DNA of 64,000 nt, taken from Octopus sinensis. Its lineage: Eukaryota. The notes beneath the pieces are model-generated. The model had not been told where the DNA came from. It worked only from the letters and a program-made list of their open reading frames with translations, and did no database searches. The stretch is from positions 58,664,464 through 58,728,463 of the forward strand of contig NC_043011.1 in the NCBI RefSeq assembly GCF_006345805.1, written 5' to 3'. How positions within the stretch are numbered: the first letter of the stretch is position 1; every line of letters starts with the position of its first letter. The translations under genes were made by a program, and so were the position numbers. Positions 1 through 13,543 of this stretch are shown in pieces.

Positions 1-195
1 GAATTTGATCTGAAGACACAGGTAATGTTGCTTTTAATTGATATCGTTATTTCGTCCCAACAGTTTTCCAACAACGTCTGTAAAACGATAGAAGACACAA
101 CTTGGGCATGCAGAAAAGGTCCTGTATTTGTGTAAGACAAAATACAGGAGGCTCAGTTGATTATGAATTTATTCAACATATACAAATTTCAGATT

Positions 196-369
196 TTAGC
201 ACGCCGGGCGAAATGCGTAGCCGTATTTCGCCTGCCGTTACGTTCTGAGTTCAAATTCCGATAAATTAAGTACCAGTTATACACTGGTTTCAATCTAATC
301 GACTTAATCCGTTTGTCTGTCCTTGTTTGTCCCCTCTATGTTTAGCCCCATGTGGGTAGTAAAGAAATA
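196..369 (+). mobile_element. tRNA-derived SINE, family A (5'-truncated, internal deletion)
   Basis: B-box gagttcaaattcc and 3' tail ...gtttagccccatgtgggtagtaaagaaata shared with full copies at 18793 and 33556. Confidence 0.85.
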
Positions 370-614
370 CATATACATATTTCAGATTCACACAGATTGG
401 TCCTACATTTTCTTTTAAGCCCTGTAAAGGAATTCAGAAGTTTAAGCATCCAGTCAGGCCTTTCGTACAACTAATATTTTCATTTGATTAATAAATATCA
501 TATTCTTCATAGTTCTCTAAGTATTTATTAGCTTCTATAATGTTATTGCTCTTGTCTGTACCCTGTATGTTTAGCCTCCTGTGGGCAATAAAGAAATCAA
601 TATTATTAAGGATA

Positions 615-830
615 GTGGCGGTGAACTGGCAGAATCGTTAGCACACCTGACGAAATGCTTTGCAGCATTTCGTCTGTCTTTACGTTCTGAGTTCAAATTC
701 CATCGAGGTCGACATTGCTTTTCGGCATAGATAAATTAAATACCCCTTGCGTGCTGCAGACGATCTAATCAACTGCCCCTCTCTCCACAAAATTTCGGGT
801 CTTGTGCCTAGAGTAGAAAATAATATTATT
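615..830 (+). mobile_element. SINE family A head with alternative 3' tail
   Basis: tggcagaatcgttagc A-box-like and gagttcaaattcc B-box; tail caaaatttcgggtcttgtgcctagagtagaaa resembles 9300-9345, not the usual tail. Confidence 0.75.
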
Positions 831-1902
831 ACCCCTAGAATATAAGTGAAGTGAAATGTCTTACATTTGGGTGCAGACTTTTGCTTCCGAATCTGTTTTC
901 GAGAAGAGGTTTTGTTCGATGGCAAAACGATGCAAGAAATGCATAATAAATGGTGTCTCTTTCACAGCTGTGTGCAATTGGGATGTTTACTGCATTTGCT
1001 TTGAGAGGTGAATCGAGTCTAACAGAGAATTGATACATGGTTGTAGTGTCTATCTTTTGTGAATGGAACCTAAAGAGATGCTTTGTTTATGAACAATGGT
1101 AATTCCTGGTCAATAGAAGACTGTTCAAATTACGAATGAAGTAATTAATAGTATTTTGAATATATAATCAGACGTTAAATCTCGCTTCTAAGTTTTATTT
1201 CCGCTGGCTGCACAAAGAACGAGTGGATATTAAACGATTGATTTCAAAATATAAAGTTCAAACTATTTGATTTTCTAAAACATTTATAAATAGTCTGAAT
1301 AATCTCATCTGTTAGCTAATTATCGACTCATAAATTTACTTTGTAATAACTTTAGAAACAGACTATTTTGTCAAATGTGTTTGCTTTGTTCAATAAATCA
1401 GTTTTTTTAGTTGCTGTTCTTTGTTCTCAATATTTACGTCAATAATATTTTTAAACGTCATCTTTATTATTTCATAATTTTATTATGTTGCACAATTCCA
1501 ATGATTTTAAGGTATGTGTATTTATTTTTCACAACAACTTCCGTTCCGAACGTCATCAAAGTGATGGTTCCATAAAGACGTATCAGCCAACCATATCGGA
1601 TATTTTTAGTAAATTTGAACTATAGCAGGCGAGCAGACACCATGTCTGCAGTGTGGCTATAAACAATATAGTTAACACTCAATGGCCCGCTACACACTTC
1701 TAGCTTGACTGTAAGAAGATACTAGAAAGTTGTATCTTTAACCGCTGTAAATATTAGCAGCACAGTAAAATCGATGAGTAATCTGTTGGGAGGCAGAGGT
1801 CAGATCATATCAGATAGTGTTGCCTCTACTCTTCCTTTTTAGAATCCCAAATCATGTTAGTCTTACCTCTGCCCCACAAGCAATATTACTGCCAAAACAA
1901 AG

Positions 1903-2065
1903 ACGGGGAGCTGGCAGAATCGTTGCTGCACCGTAAAAAAAAAAAAAATCACATAACGACATTTCTTCCGACTTTACGTTCTGAGTTCAAATACCGCCGG
2001 CATCTCCTGTGCTTTTCACTTACTTTTCAGTACGCGTTGAGCAATGGGGTAATGTAATCGGCTTA
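1903..2065 (+). mobile_element. Decayed SINE family A
   Basis: gagctggcagaatcgtt ... acgttctgagttcaaata. Confidence 0.65.
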
Positions 2066-2681
2066 TGCCTCACAACACAGAACAACACACACACACACAC
2101 ACGCACGCACACACACACGCACACACACACACACACACACACACTACTATTCACTCAAATATACATATACACGATTTTGATCACAAGATTCGAACCCCTT
2201 AAGGAAGATAAATGATAAAGTGAGATTATATAATTAATTCTTTCAGGTTTTCACGAGACAAAGAATTTTGGTGTTTATTTGTTTTCAGTCACAAATACTC
2301 TTGTCTTCATAAACATAAATATTAGATTAAACTAAGTTAAATATTTTCCCCACATCCTTCTTCTCTGAATAAAATAAAGTATTACTCTAGACGTAAGGTT
2401 GAGGTCATTCACTACTCCTTGTCCTTTAAAATTGCTGTTCTTGTGTCTGAATCAGTGACACTGAGATGACAGGTCCGTTAAAAGGTGGGGAAATACCTTC
2501 CAGTTTTTGCTCTTGCCCTTTACATTATCAGTTGTTACCCTGCCACGATCGAATGAGCCTTTCAGTCTTTCGGGTTCCGTAAAATATAAAACTACATGAT
2601 TACTGGTGTGAATGCAATCGATTAACCCACTCCCTTTACTATTGCTGGCCCTGTGCTAAAATGTCAAAGAACCAAAAGCAA

Positions 2682-3075
2682 TGAGCTGGCAGAATCATTG
2701 GTGCGTGGAACAAAATGCTTAGCGGCATTCCTTCCAACTCTTTACGCTCATGGTTCTAAACTCGATCAGGTCGACAGTAATACAATACCTATTTATTTAC
2801 TATCCACAAGGGGCTAAACACAGAGGGGACGAACAAGGACAGACAAAGCGATTAAGTCGATTACAGCGACCCCAGTGCGTAACTGGTACTTAATTTATCG
2901 ACCCCGAAAGGATGAAAGGCAAAGTCGACCTCGGTGGAATTTCAACTCAGAACGTAACGGCAGACGAAATACGGCTATGCACTTCGCCCGGCGTGCTAAC
3001 GTTTCTGCCAGCTCGCCGCCCTTCGACAGTAACACAAAATGTACCAATTGAGCACTGGGGTCGACATAATAGAGG
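2682..3075 (+). mobile_element. Old SINE family A interrupted by a younger SINE
   Basis: Head tgagctggcagaatc at 2682; body resumes after 3037 (gagcactggggtcgac). Confidence 0.6.
2790..3020 (-). mobile_element. Full-length SINE family A with 15-bp TSD
   Basis: Reverse complement of the family A sequence; flanks tcgacagtaatacaa (2771-2785) and tcgacagtaacacaa (3023-3037). Confidence 0.9.
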
Positions 3076-4177
3076 TGGCAAACGGGTCCCCGTCACCTCG
3101 ATAAAACTAAATGTAAATTTTTGGCTTTTTGCGAACTTTTGAAATCTTTGTTTGGATTGGAATGAACGTTCAAGTTGAATTTCAAATTTACTCTGTAATC
3201 GTAATTTTCCCTTGTGCTTGAAAAATTTTACGCCCTTCGCATGTATATTGAAAAGTATATTTAATATAGATAATGGAATATAACCCAGTATTTAAGATTT
3301 ACTGTTTCTCTGTTTAAATATTTACATGTTTAAGTATTCCCCTGTATAAGTATTTCCCTGTGTGTTTCTGATAGGATAAGGATGGATGTCATGAAAACAT
3401 TATATAGAAATTGAAAAAGTGAATCTTTCTAAGAATTCATTTTAACTAAAAGCTGTTTAACGCACCTAATAAGCATTTTATTTAATTATTAAAGTACCGT
3501 AATTGATTAAATTAAGGACAGAAACTGCATATTATGTGCATCCCACACTCATATTCAGGATAAAGTTTTAGTGCATTAAAACATGTAATATAGGTGCATT
3601 TTCGTAATTACAATCCTGAGCGATTTTTTGAGACAGTTTTTGTTTTTAAAATGTGAGATTTATATTGCATCAAACTGGATAGCCGTTGTTGTAAAGATGC
3701 TACAGCAATTCAACCAAACGTGTAGGTGTTTACGAAATTACAGCCGTAATATATATATATTATTGTGCCGGTTAAGACTATGAGGTCTGGTTCATGTGAA
3801 GACTGCGCAATAAATATTTACCAAAACGCATTCGCAACGTCAGCAGCATTTTCTTTCTTGTCTTTGTATAAAGGAATTTATTCCGAACTACATGAGGATC
3901 ATTAAACACCTTGACTAAGGTAATACACTAGCGTTTCTCTTTGTTTCTATCCATCGATATTACCCTATGTACTTTACTCAACTTTTTACCTACATTGCTA
4001 ATCAACACTTATTGAAAAGCTTGAGTCAATTTACGATACTCTGTTTAGCAAATCAAGAAATTATATCGAACCAGGATGATGAATAGCATTGAGACTCTGA
4101 TGTTGATCTTAGTATCGCGTTTGGCAATCAGTGTTTGTTCTACAAAAGAATAAGTATTATCCTATAGGAATAATCTA

Positions 4178-4555
4178 GGCACAGGCCTGGCTGTGTGGTA
4201 ATATATTTGTTTCCTAATCACATGGTTCCGGGCTCATTTTCACTGCCTGACACCTTGGGTGTCTTCTATTGTAATCTCGTGCCGACCAAAGCCTTGCGAG
4301 TGGATTTGATAGACGCTGACTGGAAGAAGCACGTCGTGTGTGTGTGTGTGTGTGTGTCTTTGTTTTCTGTGCTTGTCTTCCATCAGCACTTGACAACTGG
4401 TGTTGGTGCGTTTACGTGATTGTAACTTTGCGATTTGATAAATCAGACGGATAGAATAAGTACTGTACTTTAAATAATGCACTGGAATCGATTCATTCGG
4501 CTACAATTTCTCCAAAGCGCTGCCCCGGAATGACTGGAGTCTAATAACTAAAATA
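4178..4555 (+). mobile_element. tRNA-derived SINE, family B (internal microsatellite), diverged
   Basis: tggctgtgtggtaa A-box, ccttgggtgtcttcta CORE-like block, internal (GT)n, tail homologous to the 8472 copy. Confidence 0.8.
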
Positions 4556-6512
4556 AATGCAAGTTTAAACGATAAAAGATAATCTTCAAAGCTTAATGGT
4601 TGTTATTCCGCGTGTCTAGCTAAACCCTATCTCCCTGTAGCCGAATATAGTTGGAATTTACAGACACAAGGTTGGATAAATTCAGCGAAACTAACATCAA
4701 TGCAGGTTCTCCTTTGTTAAGAAACGTAAATGAACAAACTAACGAAAAATAGAATGAATGAATAAATTTATGTTCTCATATTTGTGGCTGCGCCTCCGAA
4801 ATCAGAGTCGACTCGTATCTTCTTACTTCATACACTTCTCGGGGAAATCAAAGGGAAGTGGCTACTAGTTCTCTTCTAATCCGTCGTAGCTCATCTCTCT
4901 CTCTCTCTCTCTGGTCAGTCACAAGCAGCGACGGGTTGTGCACAGAGCTGACAGTGTCATAGACCGGATACCTTAGAAGGCCGCGCAACTCACCCCACCT
5001 ACCAAGCAAAATCGTTGCCTTTGTAGTGTGTGTATTACTGCTATGTAGAATAGACATGTTTTAACGAAAGTGTCCGGATGTGCTCCATTGAAAATAGTCT
5101 TGCGACACGTCCCACTCAGAACGAGACTTTCTGAAACCCTAAACCCTTCAAAGTTTACCAAACATTATCTTAATTCGTTGTATTTTTTCTGTTACGTTTC
5201 TTGAAACGCTGCTCACCAAACAAACCTTGCGGGGGAGCCTGTCTAGTCGTCGACAACCTGAATGGTTCGTTGCCAATCATGTTTTCTTTAGCAATTCTGC
5301 GTGACCTGACATAGGAAGTATATTTAGCCACGAAGACAAAGATTATATCAGATAGCACGTTAAGAAGTATATTTAGTCATAAAACAATATATCAAATAGC
5401 AATTAAAGTATATGTGCATAATCATTCTACACATCATTTCTGGGTGTCTAATTTAAACATTGAGTTGGTTGTTAGATTCTGAGATTAAACTCTGATAACA
5501 TACCGTACTAAAACTATCGAGTTGTTTATACAAAAAAAAAAAACAACATAGGAGTTGGCTGCTTTTGACCTTATCTCTTCAATAGAATCCCGCAAATGTT
5601 TGTGTTGCCTTTTGCAACTAAAATTATTTTGTATCTGATTCAACATTAGCTTTTTAACATAAAAAAAAGTTTTATAGATGAATGATTAATGGGAGGTTAG
5701 ATAAAAATGCTAATTCCGTCTCCAGCCCTGCATCAATAATTAAGCTGAGTTCCTTTTCCACAAATATTACGAAACTGTTTTAAAAACTATATCCTTATAT
5801 ACGTAATGCATAGTCCTTCCATAGAATGGTTTTTAAAATGAATTTCGGGGTCAATAATCGCATTTTGAACGTAATTTTGATTGGATACTTTGAAGTTTCT
5901 GGGATATTTCTTCTTAAATTCATTCAATTCCGTTATGCTACAATCTAACTGAAGGCAGTAAGATGAAAACTAAGTAGTGAGATATTTAGGATAAAGAATT
6001 GAATCAATTATTCCAGTGATTATTGCGTTTCCATCGCTCTTGTATTGATGGAATAAATATTACCTTTCGTGATTGCAATAATTTATTCATAATTGCAATC
6101 ATTAATTGAATTAGTTATCTATTGGAAATATGCGTGCATATTTATCAAATATACATTCCTGCCAATGCGATCAGAATCGTTCATATGCATTACGGGCTAT
6201 CTGATAAGTTAATCTTATTAGTTAACAGGTAAAATTACCTTACATTCAGATGCATATACGTGATCATGCGACCCGATGAAAAGAGCGGTCAATTTTCACT
6301 CAACTAGCACTATTCCGTTTCCAATAAATAATGGTTCTACTTGACTCTATGATCCGGCACGCCCTTACAACAATGAGGTGTTAGAAACTGAAATACTGTC
6401 GACCTCAGCTCCGTTCAAACAGGGCACCTCTAGGGCTAAATATAACGACCACTGTTATATTCCATCTCATAACTAAATTGAATACATGATATATATAGAA
6501 AGCAACGATCCC

Positions 6513-6938
6513 GGATCTTTTCGGTTTGAACGGCAGCTTTTAACATAATTTCTAGGTAACTAAAAACATTTAAACTTCGTATACTGGTAGAATGTGTTTA
6601 TAAAACATGTTTTTCTCTTGGCTTTATTGAGAAAATTATATGCTTTGTAAGATATTTCTTGTTTTTTCTTCTTCAATTTCTGCAATTTCAACCAATCAAT
6701 GACGTCTATTTAGGTAAAAAAAACATTCTGTGCCGTATGAATATGTCACTCATTTAAGAAACATATTGGGTTTATTTACATTTGTGAATAAAAAAGATAC
6801 TCTTCCCCCCACCCCTAACCCTAACCGTAACCCTAAAACAGATTGAAATGCAATAGATCGATACTAGGGTAATAATTATGGGTGAAAATTTCATATCACA
6901 CTGCTAGAAAAAAACTGCTGTTCAAACCGAAAAGATCC
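6513..6938. mobile_element. Non-autonomous DNA transposon (MITE) with ~24-bp TIRs and probable 8-bp TSD
   Basis: ggatcttttcggtttgaacggcag / ctgctgttcaaaccgaaaagatcc; flanks acgatccc / acgattcc; internal ccctaa-like repeats. Confidence 0.75.
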
Positions 6939-7680
6939 ACGATTCCGAGATTGTAAAAACAAATAGATTTAATCGGAGTTTGAAATTACAGTAAGAATTG
7001 TTTCATATTGCTGAACAACAAAATACTAATCTAGTTATAACGTTTTCTTTCATTGCTATTATTTTGACTTGACTGTCTCTGTGGAAAAGAATTTATTCCT
7101 GTAAGCATCTAAAACAATCATTAAAACTATGCCAGATTTACACTGCATCGTTTTATTTATTTACTTTTGTTTTCGCTGATTGTTAAAATTAATCTATGGC
7201 AAATTAAACTTGAACAAATTTATATAAATAGTTCAAGTTATGGAATAAATGTTACGCTACGGAGACGAAAGGTTGATTAATGAAATAAAATTAATGAAAT
7301 ATAAATATAGACATAATAAAATAATACTGTGTGGGGAAAAAATGAATTGATTGTCTTTTCATAATTAGTAGTCTAGTACCCATTAATGAGTCATTAATCC
7401 TATTGATCGTTGACCAGAAATGGCGCTAACTAATCTCAATAAGTAGATAATATATTATACATAGACACAAATGTAAATTTCCTTTGCTTACTGCAAAAAA
7501 AGAAACAGAAAAAAAATCAAAAAAGACAGAAGAAGAAAAAAAGCATTGGCTTCACCTATGACTTATGGTTTGCTCTGAATGACTTAGAATCACGCGGGTA
7601 GACGTCGGTAGCAGCACCGCAACAATAAATCTTTTTCTCACTATACACCAATCACATTTATCTCTCACTCTCTCTTTTTG

Positions 7681-7848
7681 AATATATATATATATATATA
7701 TATGTGTGTGTATATATATGTATATATGTATATATGTATATGTATATATATGTATATATGTATATATGTATATATATATATGTATATATGTATATATATA
7801 TATATATGTATATATGTATATATATATGTATATATGTATATATATATA

Positions 7849-7880
<32 letters not shown>

Positions 7881-7915
7881 GTATATATATGTATATATAT
7901 ATGTATATATATATG

Positions 7916-7950
<35 letters not shown>

Positions 7951-8003
7951 GTATATCTATATATATATGCATATATATATATATATTTGTGTGTGTGTGT
8001 GTG
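7681..8003. repeat. Compound (TA)n/(TATG)n/(TG)n microsatellite
   Basis: Directly visible. Confidence 0.95.
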
Positions 8004-8471
8004 AATATCTTTGAAGTAATTAATCTGTTATGTGTCGGGCAAAATCTCTTTAGAGAATGTTAATAAATTGATTTTTTTTACCGTTTTTTAGAGAAGGTAC
8101 AGTGCCAGAAATGTATTTCTGGTGAATCAAATCTATATCGAAGTAGTTCAAATGTTTCCAGAACTGTGTGCTACTCCACATGTAGCATTAATGCCGCTCC
8201 TAAAGTTATAAGCATCATCTTCACTCAATCCCCACATGTCATTTTCTCGTAAATTCCACATAAGCATCTCGCTGTAGACGACTGTATAATTTTCGTAAAA
8301 ATACATTTGGAAGAAAGATGCAGACTTTTAAGATGAAGATTCCTCAGGCATAGAGAGGCAACTAAACAAATCCAGATTCCTAGATCCCTACAAAATACGG
8401 TGGACATGTATCTAATATGAGATAATATTTTAATTGTTTATAAAAAGGGAAGGATATTTTGCCTTAAAAGT

Positions 8472-8631
8472 AGCAGTGGCTGTGTGGTAAGTTGCTTACT
8501 TACGAACCACATGGTTCCGGGTTCAGTCCCACTGCGTGGGATCTTGAGCAAGTGTCTTCTACTATAATCTCGGGCCGACCAAAGCCTTGTGAGTGGATTT
8601 GGTAGACGGAAACTTAAAGAATCTCGTCGTA

Positions 8632-8689
<58 letters not shown>

Positions 8690-8956
8690 GTGTGTGTGTG
8701 TGTGTGTGTGCGTGTGTGTGTGTCTGTGTATGTATGTATGTATATGTGTGTAAATATTTGTGTTTGTCCCCCAACATCGCTTGACAACCGATGCTGGTGT
8801 ATTTACGTCCCCGTAACTTAGCGGTTCGGTAAAAGAGACCGATAGAATAAGTACTAGACTTACAAAGAACAAGCCCTGGGCTCGATTTGCTCGACAAAAG
8901 GCGGTGCTCCAGCATGGCCACAGTCAAATGACTGAAACAAATAAAAGAGTAAAAGA
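8472..8956 (+). mobile_element. SINE family B, full length
   Basis: gtggctgtgtggtaag ... ggttcagtccc ... internal (TA)n(TG)n ... ccagcatggccacagtcaaatgactgaaac tail. Confidence 0.9.
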
Positions 8957-9891
8957 TATACTCTTCATAAAATATTCGGAATGTCCAGGGTTGGAATATA
9001 TTTCTTCTTATGTTTTATTTCGATAAGAGCTGACCTGGGACTAGAGTTTCTCTAACAATCGAAACAATTACACAAGGGCCCACATAGCGGCCGTAGCGGG
9101 ATTACGTATGGTATTTCCAAACTAGCCATGAAACATTCTGTCTGCATCTCCTGTATAAAGAATGTCTTTTTCCTGCTTTAGTAGTGAAGCAAATCAAACA
9201 AAATGTAATGTGGCAGTGTAAATAATCAATGATAATGAAGGAAATTAAGGAATTAAGTACGAGTGAAACAGTGGGGTCAGTTTAAACGACTAGACCCCCT
9301 CCTCCAAAATTTCAGACTTTGTGCCTTTAGTAGAAAGGGTTATTCATATCCAAAATAAGCTGGAGGAAAAGTTCTTCAAAGAAATTGTTCAGTAATATAA
9401 ATACACTCATCCAGAAGAGGCGCATACATTTAAAAAATAAGACTAATTGATAGTATGAATGCAATAATTATCAACGTTACGTTCTGTGTCCAGTTTCCAC
9501 CGACTTCGATTTTAGCTTTCCATTTTTAAAAGGGTTCATAAAAAGAAAATAGCAGCATTTGCACACTGCGGTTTATGTAATCGATTTTCACTTTTTCCAC
9601 AGATTTCAAAACTTTTCCTTAGACTAGTAACAAGTATGCAATAATTTGACACCAGATGTTTAGCAGTGAATAATATGAACACAGCCACAACGGATGAGAT
9701 AATATCATCTTTTCAAAACACCACTCTTCACGCAGACAGAGCATCGTCTTGCGTTGTATAAAGAATAACGAAAGAGTAGACACCTACAAGACGTTCACCT
9801 GTGTACTCAATTACCATTTTACGTTTGAAAGATATAAACTGCCTTTCCACACATATACTAACAGATATCTACCTCTGTAATTATGTTACTG

Positions 9892-9992
9892 TCTTCTTCT
9901 TCTTCTTCTTCTTCTTCTTCTTCTTCTTCTTCTTCTTCTTCTTCTTCTTCTGTCTTCTTCTTCTTCTCTCTTCTTCTTCTTCTTCTTCTGTA

Positions 9993-10047
<55 letters not shown>

Positions 10048-10063
10048 ATGTATATATATATAT
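9892..10063. repeat. (CTT)n followed by (TA)n microsatellite
   Basis: Directly visible. Confidence 0.95.
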
Positions 10064-10070
10064 AAATAAA

Positions 10071-10454
10071 AAAAAACACCTTTATCAATTCAGAATGAAA
10101 AAATTAAATTACACCATTTAGAAAATTACGTATAATACAAATATTAAATATGAGATAAAAAATAATATACCGATGATTAAGTAATGTGCAAAATAATAAA
10201 TAAAACGTATATATTTGGTACGTTTTATTTATTATTTTGCATATTACTTAATCATCGGGATAATATTTTTTATCTTATATTTGGTATTTCTATTATATGT
10301 AATTTTCTAGATGGCGTAATTTAGTTTTTCATTCTGAATTGATAAAAGGTGTTTTTTCTTCTAATTTATAAAATATATTATACTTTGTGAAATTCGATTT
10401 AGTATTTCTAAATTGAATTTTTCCTTGTAAGTTAGGAATAATATTCCTTCAAAT

Positions 10455-10455
<1 letters not shown>
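10071..10455. mobile_element. (TA)n-embedded foldback element, ~139-bp arms plus single-copy tail
   Basis: Arms 10071-10209 and 10219-10357 are inverted; tail 10358-10455; (TA)n on both sides. Confidence 0.7.
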
Positions 10456-10485
<30 letters not shown>

Positions 10486-10504
10486 TATATATATGTATAT
10501 AAAG

Positions 10505-10632
10505 TATATATAAAAATACAAAATGGGACAAGCACGCAAAATACACAAAGAGACGACACAAAAAAAGGACGGGTCATTCGAAGCCTCTAATCTTCAATCA
10601 GGAACCGGATCTTCCAAGCAAATTTCTGCTGA

Positions 10633-10635
<3 letters not shown>
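10505..10635. repeat. (TA)n-flanked interspersed repeat (related copy at 38735-38870)
   Basis: Shared aaggacgggtcattcg block and similar A-rich upstream segment. Confidence 0.6.
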
Positions 10636-10697
<62 letters not shown>

Positions 10698-10742
10698 AAA
10701 ACAAGTCAAGACAGAAGATGCTAAAATAATTTTATAAAAAGC

Positions 10743-10786
10743 ATTTCAGTACCGGTTTCAGTCAGTGAGACTTTTTCAACTTTAAT
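10743..10786 (-). ncRNA. Minimal type I hammerhead ribozyme motif, U3:A8 variant
   Basis: Minus strand attaaag UUGAAAA aguc-ucacu-gacu GAAAC CG GUA cugaaau; helix II 4 bp, palindromic ACCGGU helix III, helix I interrupted. Confidence 0.5.
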
Positions 10787-10920
10787 TATGGAAAACAATT
10801 AAATTTAGAAAAATCTAAATAGTTTTACTAAAAGAATTTTTGTATAGTGTTCAGATACAAGTGGCATTTTCCTTGTTTCTGCCTATCTCTGTCTCTCTTG
10901 TTTACTCTTGTGGGATCGAG

Positions 10921-11002
<82 letters not shown>

Positions 11003-11107
11003 ATATAAAGTTAATCCAAACAAAAAAGCACAAAAAAACACAACAACGCGAGGACGTGGAACAAATATAGTATTATTGGAGGCTCAGGAAAGAAAGAACG
11101 AAGGAGG

Positions 11108-11142
11108 GTCTAACGTTTCGAGCGGAGCTCTTCGTCGGAAAC
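11108..11142 (-). ncRNA. Minimal type I hammerhead ribozyme motif (C at position 4)
   Basis: Minus strand guuu CCGACGA a gagc-ucc-gcuc GAAAC GUU agac. Confidence 0.6.
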
Positions 11143-11209
11143 ATAGGAAAAGGAAAGATCCAGAGAAGGGAAGACAGAGGAAAAAAATCGCCAACGGTAC
11201 ACATGAGGT

Positions 11210-11268
<59 letters not shown>

Positions 11269-11814
11269 CTAAAATGTGTGTATAAAAAATTATATATGTG
11301 TGAGTTTGTGTGTGTGCATGTGTACATGCATGAATGTATGTAAATGCATAAGAAAATACAGATACCCTTATAATGAATGGTTTTATCAAACCAAGTAGTT
11401 ACAGAAAATATTACAAAGGAAAAGAGTCAAAGAACCAAAATTGAGATAACAGTCATTTACTACAAATAACAAACATATGGAAATAAAATATTTATCATAC
11501 GGCAAACTGTATACAGAAACACACACGATACAAGTGCAAAAATGCGGAACTGCAAGAGAGAGGAAGTAAAAGACGCGTATATTCAGAAAGTAATACAGTG
11601 AAACAAGGCGGAATAAGGAAGTGCCAGCCAGTCGTTGTTGAACGAAGGATAAAATCAGGAATACACATGGAAATACGCTTACCATTCGGATATCCAGGTT
11701 ATAAATGGATTAACTGAATACGTTATTTAATTCCGAAAAAAGTGTTTATTCTGCACAAGTGATGAAACTGACAAATTCAAACTTATTGCCTTTTATACGA
11801 GCATGTACAGGTAT

Positions 11815-12177
<363 letters not shown>

Positions 12178-12534
12178 GTAGCAGAATCGTGATATACTTA
12201 GATCACTTTCCGCTTATACTTTTGAACCTGCACAATAATTTAGCTTTACTCATTGTTAACAAAATTATTTAATTTCTTATTTTTTCCACATTTTATTCTC
12301 AAATCGCGTTACACTATCTTCAAAATGTAAAACGAAAAAATAAAAAAAACAAATGCAGAAGTTACCTTGCTGCTTAGAACGAGTAACTTCTTGAGATGCC
12401 GAATAAAAATATTTACGACATTGTTTCCAACCGTTACTCAATAAAAGTGTTGCATTTAGGAAAGCCTCTATCAATATATGTGTACATACGTGTGCTACTT
12501 TGTATAACTTACATAACTTAAAGCATATATTTGT

Positions 12535-12575
<41 letters not shown>

Positions 12576-12599
12576 TTTATAAATACTTATATATATATA

Positions 12600-12686
<87 letters not shown>

Positions 12687-12776
12687 TTTATATATAGATA
12701 TAACCATGTACTTTTTAATTCATTCATTTCATTCATATATGTGACTATATTTTTAAGCTCCCCACTGAATATATAT

Positions 12777-12817
<41 letters not shown>

Positions 12818-12838
12818 CATATATATATATATATGTCA

Positions 12839-12902
<64 letters not shown>

Positions 12903-12905
12903 TCG
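12535..12905. repeat. Interrupted (TA)n tracts and (GA)n
   Basis: Directly visible. Confidence 0.9.
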
Positions 12906-13472
12906 AGAGAAAGTGAGAGAGAGACATTCAAAGAAAGGCATTCAGAACAGTTCATTGAAGTAAAGTCTATCTGATAACATAATGCGGCTGTCCCGCAATG
13001 GACGAAGTTACAGTTGTTATAGTTCAAAGAAACATCGTTTCTCACTCGCTTTATGACACACTATGTGTGTCCTTATATCTTCGAACAGGGAGTTCAGCCT
13101 TCCTATCAGTAACAAAACATCATCTGGGGACCAGTTTCTGGGTTATTGCACTTTATCAACGCAGAGTAGCTTCTTTAGCCAGATGGCGTTGCTGAATTTA
13201 CCCCTGGAACACCAACATCGTCTCTTTCGGTACAGTCATAGCATGAGGCAAAATAGACTTTACTTATATATTGACGAGGCAAAGCATTCCTAAATGCAAC
13301 AGTCAGAAATCCGGGATCCAGAAATATCCAGTAATTTTTTACTAGTTATCTACTTATCTCTTTGTTTACTCTCCGTGTTGATATATGAACACTTAAGGTG
13401 GTTTTAGAGCAACATCATGGCTGCTATTTTCAGCATGGTGGTATCTTGTAGATACCCTAATTTATAATTTTA

Positions 13473-13543
<71 letters not shown>

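Noticed and set aside
1-135. Possible exon end EFDLKTQ|gtaatg and downstream open frame
   Set aside because: Only 21 nt are visible, the implied 42-nt intron is very short, and the peptide is unrecognised.
6813-6836. Telomere or chromosome-fusion site
   Set aside because: Only about four imperfect units, located inside a TIR element.
10565-10612. Hammerhead-like text (UUGAAGA...GAAUGACCCGUC; related CUAAUGA...GAAUGACCCGUC near 38810-38850)
   Set aside because: GAAU instead of GAAA and no helix I pairing in either copy, although the position resembles the other elements.
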